From the NCBI GenBank assembly GCA_964435835.1, contig CAYSZX010000001.1:8197-72196 (forward strand): a DNA stretch of 64,000 nucleotides. The letters are read 5' to 3'. The translations under genes and the position numbers were made by a program. The notes beneath the pieces are model-generated. The model had not been told where the DNA came from. It ran no database searches and saw nothing but the letters and a program-made list of their open reading frames with translations. Shown in pieces: positions 56,646-64,000 of this stretch. Each line of letters opens with the position of its first letter. Position 1 is the first letter of the stretch. Source of the DNA: an uncultured Candidatus Saccharibacteria bacterium. Its GTDB lineage: Bacteria > Patescibacteriota > Minisyncoccia > Minisyncoccales > JANBVM01.

Positions 56646-58229
56646 TTATCTTTTATTTTCTATCATTCTACGTATATCCTCAATATCTTTTTTATCTTTT
56701 TCCGTTTTTTCTGATTTTTTAATTTCTTCTCGTAATATGTTCGAAATCTCTTCTCGCCACTGCCTTGCTTGAGGTCCTTTGTAATTTACTAACCAATTAG
56801 CTAATTTTTTTTCCATAGTCTTAAGAATTAAATCTTCTTCTTCATCCTTTTTTTCTTTTTCAATTTCCTCCTTTAGTTCCTCTATACTCTGTTCCATATT
56901 TATTATTGTTTCTTCCTCATTTCCTTTGAATTCTACATCATTAAGCAAAAGCTCTTTTTTAGCTAAAAAGTCTTTATGCTCCTTGTCTGCATTCTGAAAT
57001 TCTTTATTATCCTTATCCTCTTCCATTTTTTTCTTTTTTTCTTCAATGGCTTCTTCTTTAATACCATTCTGGGTAATAATAATTTCCATGGTTTGATCTA
57101 GCCCTCTCTTAATTGATTCTAAACTTCTTTCTAATATTTCTATTTTTTTCATTTCTTCACTAAAAATATTCCTTATTTCTTCTCCCGTAAAACCATTAAA
57201 GTCATGTTTATCTTTTTCATCAATAAAACCTGAAGCATAATTTCTAAATTCAACATTATCTTTTGGAGGATTATCATCCTTATCAAATGTCTTTATTGTG
57301 CTATCTGGATGATTTTTGTTCCACTCTCTTATTTTTTCGTTCATCTTTTCTCTAGTATTAATTGCCTCTTTTTCAACAATCTTCTTATACGTTTCTTTAT
57401 CTTTACTTCTTAATTCTTGAAGTATAACTAAAGCTTTCTTATGATATTCATAAAATTCTTCTCCTAAAGGAAGTCTTATTAAAGACTCCCTTAAACCATC
57501 TATTATTTCTTGTTCATTTTCAGGTTTCTTAACTTCTCTATCAGGAAAGCTCTTTTCTAAAACAGCTCTTTGCAGAATACCTTTTAAATCGTCCAATACT
57601 AATTTACATTCTAGCTTTTTTTGTTCTGTAAATTCCTGTTCTATTTCAGAATATTCATCAAGTTTTCCTTCTTCTTTAAGCCATCTATAAACTAAAAATT
57701 GTTTTTCGGGAGAAAGTTTTTGAAATTGTTCTCTCCCTCTTACCCATTCCTTTTTCTTGCCCCTTTTTTCTAAGATTTTTACTGCTTCTTTTAAATTATC
57801 ATTCTTTTCTTTTTGTGCTATCCGCTCCAGTTTATATTTCCCGCCACGAAATGCATAATCTCTTTTAGGTTGAAGATTGTCTATTAAATCTTTCACCTCT
57901 TCTTCTCCAGGTTTCTTGTATAAAAATTCTCTCTGCTTTGATAAGCTTTGATCTTCTGCTTTTCTTGTTTCTTGTTCACCTTCCGGACTAAACTCTTTAA
58001 AGTCTTCCTTTTTCATAAGCTTTAACCTTAAAGCTTTTAGTTCTTTTTTCTTTTCTTCATCCTCTTCTTTATTAATCATTATCTGCATTTGTTCTAGTTT
58101 ACCTTTATCAAACAATTCAACAAAATCTATCTTTTCTTTCGTAGTAAGAGATTCTTCCGTTTTTTGCTCTTCTTCTTTTTTATCAGGACCTTTTTCAATA
58201 CGAGAAAATATTTTCTTAAAAAAATTCAT
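56646..58229 (-). CDS. Hypothetical Lys/Glu-rich coiled-coil protein (527 aa)
   Basis: About half the residues are K or E, with a long predicted helical coiled coil. No catalytic motif. Confidence 0.4.
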   Translation of the reverse strand: MNFFKKIFSRIEKGPDKKEEEQKTEESLTTKEKIDFVELFDKGKLEQMQIMINKEEDEEKKKELKALRLKLMKKEDFKEFSPEGEQETRKAEDQSLSKQREFLYKKPGEEEVKDLIDNLQPKRDYAFRGGKYKLERIAQKEKNDNLKEAVKILEKRGKKKEWVRGREQFQKLSPEKQFLVYRWLKEEGKLDEYSEIEQEFTEQKKLECKLVLDDLKGILQRAVLEKSFPDREVKKPENEQEIIDGLRESLIRLPLGEEFYEYHKKALVILQELRSKDKETYKKIVEKEAINTREKMNEKIREWNKNHPDSTIKTFDKDDNPPKDNVEFRNYASGFIDEKDKHDFNGFTGEEIRNIFSEEMKKIEILERSLESIKRGLDQTMEIIITQNGIKEEAIEEKKKKMEEDKDNKEFQNADKEHKDFLAKKELLLNDVEFKGNEEETIINMEQSIEELKEEIEKEKKDEEEDLILKTMEKKLANWLVNYKGPQARQWREEISNILREEIKKSEKTEKDKKDIEDIRRMIENKR

Positions 58230-58354
58230 AAGTTTTATTAATTTTATAAAATTTGTGTTTATTTATTATAACAAAATAAAGCAAAGAAACAATCTACAAC
58301 CTTAGCGATAAAAGCTAAGGTTTTTTCAAGAAACACTATGATTATTCTAAAAAA

Positions 58355-59398
58355 CTAAGGTTGTAAAATTTCTTCTGTTTCTCCATTAATTGAGATAACA
58401 ACTTCCTCTATAGATTCAAATTGTTTTAATGTTTCCTCTATTTGATTTCTAATAGCCATAACCCAAGCAGAGCCCGCTACCCCTTCTTCCAACTTTTCAT
58501 TAAAATCAACTCTTGCCACTCCTTCCTCTATTTCAATACTCTGAAGCTCTACCCCTTCGTTAATTGAAGTTGATAAGTCATCTCCTTCAGTTGTAAGAGG
58601 ACCTTTTAAAAGTTCTTCTATGGCTGCTCTAGCAGTAGCAACAGTATAAGGAATTGTTCTTTCCACCTCAACAAGTTCTTCCTGTCCTTCAACAACCTTT
58701 AAAAAGTAAAGACTTATAGTAATTTCATCTTTTAAAAATTCTCCTGCAATTTCATCGTAAATACCATCAGTAACAACTTTCACCACTACCCCATCCTCAA
58801 CCAGAACAACAATTGTATGTGGAGTAATAGCTTGAGCTAAACTCTCCCCAGTCCTATCTCCATAACCAGCGTGTCTAGACTGAAATTCATATTCAACTTC
58901 ATAACAATTTTCACAACCAACTAAATCTAAACCTCTTTCTTCGACAAAGGTAAGATTTTCTCCATCAAAATTATAAGTAGGAGAATTATTTTCAATCCAG
59001 TTTCTAGCAATATCCTGAACATTTTCACTTTCTAATGTAATTTTTTCTAGCTTATAAACTAAAACTTTATTATCTTCTTGGAGTCCTTCAATAAAAACTC
59101 TTGTTCCAATCATCTTGTCATCCAGTAAACTACAATCGATTTCATCATCTATAAAACACTGACTACGACTATCGAAATAAAGCTCTTCTTTTAGTCCTGG
59201 ACTTCCTGCTCTCTCGAAAGAAAGATACCAAATTCCTGGCTCAAGACCGGGAGAATCTTTAATTAAGACTCCTTCTTCTATAAAGTTTGCTTTTTCTGTG
59301 AGACTTCCTTCTTCAGTCTTATTGTGAAGATAAAACCCAACAGAAACGAAAACAATTAAAACAACAATGATAAAACCCTTTAAACCTCTTTTTTGCAT
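58355..59398 (-). CDS. Hypothetical exported protein with a GerMN-like C-terminal region
   Basis: N-terminal TM or signal (FIIVVLIVFVSVGFYL). C-terminal AIEELLKGPLTTEGDDLSTSINEGVELQSIEIEEGVARVDF resembles GerMN/Gmad-type lipoprotein domains. Confidence 0.4.
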   Translation of the reverse strand: MQKRGLKGFIIVVLIVFVSVGFYLHNKTEEGSLTEKANFIEEGVLIKDSPGLEPGIWYLSFERAGSPGLKEELYFDSRSQCFIDDEIDCSLLDDKMIGTRVFIEGLQEDNKVLVYKLEKITLESENVQDIARNWIENNSPTYNFDGENLTFVEERGLDLVGCENCYEVEYEFQSRHAGYGDRTGESLAQAITPHTIVVLVEDGVVVKVVTDGIYDEIAGEFLKDEITISLYFLKVVEGQEELVEVERTIPYTVATARAAIEELLKGPLTTEGDDLSTSINEGVELQSIEIEEGVARVDFNEKLEEGVAGSAWVMAIRNQIEETLKQFESIEEVVISINGETEEILQP

Positions 59399-59552
59399 TT
59401 TTCTTAATTAATTTATTTTTTTAAAAAATACTTCCTTATTATTATACTTTTTAACTTCAAAAAAGCCAGTAAAAGTTGTTTCTTTCTTTTTTAAATTAAA
59501 TTATGTAATTATAAAAACCCTCTTTTAATACTAAAATTGGCTTATTCTTTAT

Positions 59553-60545
59553 TTACTTATCCCATTCAAATTGATTTCCAAAATGTCCCCATTCGGCTGT
59601 TTTTTTATAAATTGGATCTGTAAGATTTAAATATTCTATTATTCCTTTTGGTGTTAGATTATATCCTTTTATTTCCTTTTCTTTACCATTTACAAAAGCC
59701 ACTGCCATTACTGGTTCAGCCACCCCAATTGAGTAAGCTAATTTAACTAATACTTCTTCGGCTTTATACTTTCTAAGATAATCTACTGCAATTCTTCTTG
59801 CCATATAAGCACCACTTCTATCTACTTTTGTTGGATCTTTACCGGAAAAAGCTCCGCCGCCAATAGGTATTTGTGGTCCATAATTATCTACTACTATTTT
59901 TCTTCCCGTTACCCCAGTATCAGCTTCAAACCCACTAATACTCCAATCTCCGGAGGGATTACAATAAATTGAAATATCCTTTTTAAAAGAATTTTTGTTT
60001 AACCATTCTTTTATTGTCTTTTTAAGTTCTTTTTGACTAACATTAGCAAAACTAGAAACTACACATCCTATTTCTCCGCCCTCAATAGTTACCTGTGTTT
60101 TTCCATCTTCTTGATATTTGGAATAAATATAACGAGCTAAGCTTCTAGCCAAATAAAGTTCTTGAGGTATCATTTCTTCATTCTCATTACAAGCATAACC
60201 TACCATAATTCCTTGATCTCCTGCTCCCCCTTTATCTACTCCCTTTGAGATTTCCGGACTTTGTTTAACTATATTGGTTTGAACTCCATATTTTTCTCCA
60301 ACTATTTCTTTTACTACTATAGGAACATCAACATAAGCTTTTGTTGTTAATTCTCCTGTTATCGTAATTATATTATGACCACCCATTGTTTCTAGTGCCA
60401 CCCTACTATTATGATCTTGCTTTAAACATTCATCTAAAATAGCATCTGATATCTGATCACATACTTTATCCGGATGTTTAGGTGTGACACTTTCAGCTGT
60501 TTTATATGTATTTTTCATTATATTTATGATCTTCCTTTTTTGCAT
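59553..60545 (-). CDS. metK: S-adenosylmethionine synthetase
   Basis: TAESVTPKHPDKVCDQISDAILD, GAGDQGIMVGYA and GGGAFSGKDPTKVDRSGAYMARRIA are the MetK signatures. A short form (321-330 aa); the start is possibly at MKNTYKT. Confidence 0.85.
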   Translation of the reverse strand: MQKRKIINIMKNTYKTAESVTPKHPDKVCDQISDAILDECLKQDHNSRVALETMGGHNIITITGELTTKAYVDVPIVVKEIVGEKYGVQTNIVKQSPEISKGVDKGGAGDQGIMVGYACNENEEMIPQELYLARSLARYIYSKYQEDGKTQVTIEGGEIGCVVSSFANVSQKELKKTIKEWLNKNSFKKDISIYCNPSGDWSISGFEADTGVTGRKIVVDNYGPQIPIGGGAFSGKDPTKVDRSGAYMARRIAVDYLRKYKAEEVLVKLAYSIGVAEPVMAVAFVNGKEKEIKGYNLTPKGIIEYLNLTDPIYKKTAEWGHFGNQFEWDK

Positions 60546-60696
60546 TTTCTCATTCTCTCATTTTATTGTCAAAATAAAAAGTTTAATCAAGTTCTTTAAA
60601 TTGTTCCTATTCTTCATTTCCTGACTAGTTTGTTCTAATTTATAAACGTAACATCTGTGCAAAAAAATAATCAAAACTTTTTTATTACAAAATCAA

Positions 60697-60722
60697 ACAC
60701 TCTTTTAAAAAGAGTGTTTGAT
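60697..60722 (-). other. Terminator-like hairpin in the metK upstream leader
   Basis: AAACACTCTT-ttaaaa-AAGAGTGTTT, a perfect 10-bp stem. On the minus strand it is followed by a GATTTTG... T-rich stretch and lies about 150 nt upstream of the metK ATG. Confidence 0.4.
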
Positions 60723-60939
60723 CAGAAGTCTCCAATTTCTAAATTACTAAAACCTGCCGAGCCCTGCACCAGTTGGGCTTACATAAGTTGCCCCTTTTCC
60801 ACTTTCAACCTCTTGAATAATGGCAAAAGATCCCCAAATAGCAGGACCAATTTCTTCACTATATTCCCACTTTGAATTATTGTACAGCTATTATTATTTT
60901 GTTTTTTGAACGTATTTCCATTAACCGCTAAAACTGCTC

Positions 60940-61554
60940 CTAAAATTTTAAGTCTAATTCTAGTAGTTTTTGTTTTAACTGCTCAGGTGTTTTAAAATTA
61001 ATAACATTTATCCCAAGATCCCTTGCAGGATTAAGTAATTCTGGCTTATCATCAATATAAACACATTCTTGAGGCAAACTAGAGGTCTTACCTAAAACCA
61101 TTTCATATACTTTAGGATCAGGTTTACGAGTACCAGCCATATAAGAAAGAACACCATCTTTAAATTTATTTAAAAAATTATATTTTTGATCTAAATAGTT
61201 TACTCTTTCTTGAACGTTATCGGATAAATATAAGAGTTCATAATTAGCATTAACTAATTTATCAGCAATATTGGAAACATCTTCAACTAACCTATATTCT
61301 CCTAACCAGGTATCAGATAAAACCTTTGAAGAAATATTTAAATTTAATTGATTTTTAAGTAATTTCCAAAACTCTTTAGCCGTTAGTTTTCCTGCTCTAT
61401 ATTTAGTGCTTAATTCACCTTTATAAATACTTCTAACTTTTTTTGAAGAAAGATTATATTTTTCACTAATTAATCTAATGGCACGCTTAGTTCCATTAGT
61501 AAAATAAACACCACCAAAATCAAAAATAACTGTTTTTATCACATTCTTTTGCAT
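60940..61554 (-). CDS. HAD-superfamily hydrolase
   Basis: VIFDFGGV (motif-I variant), a downstream S/T motif, K-(x)n-D and VYIDD (motif IV). 204 aa. Confidence 0.6.
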   Translation of the reverse strand: MQKNVIKTVIFDFGGVYFTNGTKRAIRLISEKYNLSSKKVRSIYKGELSTKYRAGKLTAKEFWKLLKNQLNLNISSKVLSDTWLGEYRLVEDVSNIADKLVNANYELLYLSDNVQERVNYLDQKYNFLNKFKDGVLSYMAGTRKPDPKVYEMVLGKTSSLPQECVYIDDKPELLNPARDLGINVINFKTPEQLKQKLLELDLKF

Positions 61555-61604
61555 AATTTTTAATTTTAATAATACACTTTAGGTAAAGTTTTTCAAATAA
61601 AAAA

Positions 61605-61636
61605 GCCGCTACCTGAGGTAACGGCCATAAGCAAGA
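61605..61636 (-). terminator. Rho-independent terminator downstream of the 61740..62408 gene
   Basis: Minus strand reads GCCGTTACCTCAGGTAGCGGC (9-bp stem, 1 mismatch) followed by TTTTTTATTT. It is GC-rich against an AT-rich background. Confidence 0.65.
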
Positions 61637-61739
61637 TTATTTTTTCTTTCTTTTCTTGCCTTTCTTCTTTTTGGCCATTTTTATATACGACATAAAGTCG
61701 CCTTAAAAGAGATTTAATAAGTAGATGAAGTCGACCATC

Positions 61740-62408
61740 CTACTTACTTATTTTCTCTACATTTTTATTTTTTTCCAAATCATATCTTCTTCTACAGAAC
61801 AATAAAAATCCAACTAAGGGCACCACATATAATAATCCTCCCCAAGCAAAATAATTTACATATTCTTGTATTGTCCCCTCAAAACCCAGCCAATTCCCCA
61901 CATCATACACCTCCCATGGTTGACGAGTTAAAAAATGTTGAAAATATTCATGAATCAGTTTTGGAATTATTAAAGCAATCAACATTGTAACTTTTTGCAA
62001 AGAAGTTAGAGAAAATTCTTCTTTTTTATTCAATAAAAACAACACTAAGCACCAAATAACAAAATTTTCAAAAACATTTGGAAAAATAAATAAGAAAAAT
62101 CGCTTTTGCGTTAACCAATGTAAAATCATGCCAATCAAGCGATAGAAAAATAATCCTATTGCTACTTTTTTTATCCAACTATCTTTCCATAACCACACTA
62201 TCCAAAGTATAAATAACCAATAATATAAATCCATTGCCTTGTCCCAAGACTGATAAATCATCATATCTTGGTCTGTCATTACATTTACAAACTTCCAATC
62301 ATACATATCTACCACATTAGAGGCTAAAAGCCCCCCTAATGACCAACGCAACATCAAAAGAGGTACAAACAATCGAACAATTGTTACATACCATGGAATT
62401 ACGCTCAT
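61740..62408 (-). CDS. Hypothetical polytopic membrane protein
   Basis: 222 aa, 5-6 TM helices, Trp-rich, no motif. Confidence 0.45.
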   Translation of the reverse strand: MSVIPWYVTIVRLFVPLLMLRWSLGGLLASNVVDMYDWKFVNVMTDQDMMIYQSWDKAMDLYYWLFILWIVWLWKDSWIKKVAIGLFFYRLIGMILHWLTQKRFFLFIFPNVFENFVIWCLVLFLLNKKEEFSLTSLQKVTMLIALIIPKLIHEYFQHFLTRQPWEVYDVGNWLGFEGTIQEYVNYFAWGGLLYVVPLVGFLLFCRRRYDLEKNKNVEKISK

Positions 62409-62438
62409 ATAATTATATAAAAAATAAATAATAGATTC

Positions 62439-62945
62439 TTATTTCTTCTTTCGAGCCTCTTGAGCTTTTTTTATATTCCTTTTTCTAGCCTCTTTCTGAG
62501 CCTTAGTTGGCTTATCTTTTTCAGGAATATTTTTTCTTGGTTTCGCTTTAAAAATATCTCCTTTAATATGTTTTGGTTTTGATCCAAGCTGATCTAAAAC
62601 TTTTTGAACATCTTCATCAAGAGCTTTTAATTCTCCGCCTTTAAATTCTGCTCTATCTTTTTCAATTAACCAGACATGAGTATCCCAAGAACCATTTTCT
62701 CGTTGTCCAGCTAATCTTTGAATACCGCCCTTATCGCCAACGTCATCATTAATAAAAAAGTTAAACTGATATTTATCCCGAATAATTATCCTATAATAAT
62801 CGCCCTCTCCTCTTGACCCAGGCTTTGCTCTTTTTCGACCTTCTGGTTGAGCTGCCGCTCTTTCTTCTTTGGACATATTTTTCCACTTCTTCTGAGCTTT
62901 TTTAATATTTTTCTTAGCAGCTTCTTTTTGTTTTTTGGTTGGCAT
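62439..62945 (-). CDS. Hypothetical basic protein with near-identical Lys-rich motifs at both termini
   Basis: The N-terminus KKQKEAAKKNIKKAQKKW and the C-terminus KAQKEARKRNIKKAQEARKKK share a K-x-QKEA-x-K-x-NIKKAQ repeat flanking a globular core (DYYRIIIRDKYQFNFF...SWDTHVWLIEKD). Confidence 0.4.
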   Translation of the reverse strand: MPTKKQKEAAKKNIKKAQKKWKNMSKEERAAAQPEGRKRAKPGSRGEGDYYRIIIRDKYQFNFFINDDVGDKGGIQRLAGQRENGSWDTHVWLIEKDRAEFKGGELKALDEDVQKVLDQLGSKPKHIKGDIFKAKPRKNIPEKDKPTKAQKEARKRNIKKAQEARKKK

Positions 62946-62995
62946 AGTTCTTTAATTACTTTATTGTATTATACTATTATCTTTTTTAGCCTTAA

Positions 62996-63949
62996 TTAAA
63001 GACTTGTTTTTAGTTGTTCCTCTATTTGTTGAATAACTGCTTCTTCCTGTCCAGATGGATTTTTAATCTCTTTAAAGTAGTTAATTATTCTTCCAGCTTT
63101 TAAAACAAGACGGACTTTAGTTAACCAAGAATCAAAAGAAATATTATTCCAAAGATTAAAAACTAAACCTATTCTCTCTCTAATCATCATTGGAGTTCTA
63201 GATTCAGTATCAACCCAAGATGGTCCTCTTACTTTTTGACTATCAATTGAAGCCATTTGATTTGCAAAATCATAGAGATCATCAAAGTTTAAAGTTACAG
63301 TAAAATCTAAATTATCTTCTGTACTATCTGATATTTTTAAAATTGAATCTTTGTTAACTTTAATATATCTTTTTAAAAATTGACCCCCATTATCATCCAA
63401 GACTACTGCAAAATCTAAAGAATTTCCAAAACCACTAACAAGTTTATCTATAATTTCCATCGGCTCTTTCTTTTGTTTAATCTCTTCTTTTTCAACTTCA
63501 GATGGTCCAAATGTACTTTTTTGAGAAAGTTTTTCTTGAATATCTCTTTTCATTTCCTCTTTACTTGGCATTACTTTATATTTATAAAGAGTGCTCCAAG
63601 CTTTAAGATTATCACCCGTAGAAACCTTTTCTTCCCAAACATGAAACTCTTTATTTCCATTCTTATAGTCTATTTCAATTTTTTGAAATTCTTCAGGCCA
63701 AGAACTATATTCCTTACATTTTAATAATTCCGAAACTCTCTTTTCATTTCTGATTAAAAAATCCATTAATCTTTCGAAGCCAATAGCTGTATCTTGCTCT
63801 TCATTATTCTTTAAAAAAGCAACATACCAATCAAAAAATTCTTTATTTATTGAATTTTGAAGCTTTTTTCTAAAATTTAAAGCTGTATCATATCCAAGAC
63901 ATCTCTCATTTTGAAATTCTGAATTTAATTGAGAACTTAATTTATTCAC
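62996..63949 (-). CDS. Hypothetical protein
   Basis: 317-aa ORF with clean codon structure but no recognisable motif. Confidence 0.35.
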   Translation of the reverse strand: MNKLSSQLNSEFQNERCLGYDTALNFRKKLQNSINKEFFDWYVAFLKNNEEQDTAIGFERLMDFLIRNEKRVSELLKCKEYSSWPEEFQKIEIDYKNGNKEFHVWEEKVSTGDNLKAWSTLYKYKVMPSKEEMKRDIQEKLSQKSTFGPSEVEKEEIKQKKEPMEIIDKLVSGFGNSLDFAVVLDDNGGQFLKRYIKVNKDSILKISDSTEDNLDFTVTLNFDDLYDFANQMASIDSQKVRGPSWVDTESRTPMMIRERIGLVFNLWNNISFDSWLTKVRLVLKAGRIINYFKEIKNPSGQEEAVIQQIEEQLKTSL

Positions 63950-64000
63950 AAAATCAGAAAATTCTCCATTTTGCCCTTGATGATCAACAGAAAAATAATT

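Noticed and set aside
60657-60875. 72-aa plus-strand ORF in the metK upstream region
   Set aside because: It has no motif and spans the terminator-like hairpin and the GC-rich patch. It is more plausibly non-coding leader RNA or relic sequence (see the metK-leader finding).
61637-61678. 13-codon minus-strand ORF MAKKKKGKKRKKK immediately after the terminator hairpin
   Set aside because: It is too short and pure low-complexity, and most likely a chance ATG in an A-rich tract.
63473-63724. 83-aa plus-strand ORF antisense to the 62996-63949 gene
   Set aside because: It is antisense to the longer ORF and Phe-rich low-complexity.
1-64000. CRISPR arrays, tRNA/rRNA genes, transposases, integrases and phage genes
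   Set aside because: I found no arrays of evenly spaced direct repeats. No intergenic segment had tRNA cloverleaf hallmarks (GTTCRANYC T-loop plus acceptor pairing). There is no rRNA-like GC-rich block. No ORF has the DDE, tyrosine-recombinase or serine-recombinase motifs. So none are called.

Overview
This is an AT-rich window (roughly 30% GC by eye) from a small bacterial genome, and almost every gene is on the minus strand. The left ~29 kb is the classic str–S10–spc–alpha ribosomal super-operon, read right to left: rpsL-rpsG-fusA-tuf | rpsJ-rplC-rplD-rplW-rplB-rpsS-rplV-rpsC-rplP-rpmC-rpsQ-rplN-rplX-rplE-rpsZ-rpsH-rplF-rplR-rpsE-rplO-secY-adk-map | insert | infA-rpmJ-rpsM-rpsK-rpsD-rpoA-rplQ-rplM-rpsI, then a partial mreB. 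Three things point to a CPR/Patescibacteria-like lineage (inference): there is no L30 gene between rpsE and rplO, many ribosomal proteins carry lysine-rich tails, and AlaRS is truncated. A ~7 kb block of non-ribosomal genes sits between map and infA: two hypothetical exported proteins (one Cys-rich and GC-anomalous), a GT2 glycosyltransferase, a GalT-like HIT enzyme, tpiA and a short alaS. The right ~35 kb is an accessory/metabolic region. It holds rpmB, an enlarged adenylate-kinase-like paralogue next to a ComEC-type MBL hydrolase, family-II pyrophosphatase, GDH, two mevalonate-pathway genes, a DUF134/AhpD-like/DUF5320 module, three HD-domain hydrolases, PAP2 and CspA. It also holds DUF378, DUF362, an EncFtn-like ferritin-like protein, an ABC-2 exporter, an HgdC-type activase with two DUF2229 partners, a Nudix–hemerythrin–SOD stress operon, metK and a HAD hydrolase. 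I did not see any CRISPR array, tRNA/rRNA gene or recognisable transposase/integrase. Several clean rho-independent terminators and a few GC-rich, possibly structured, intergenic regions are visible. All functional calls come from reading motifs in the supplied translations, and no database search was run.
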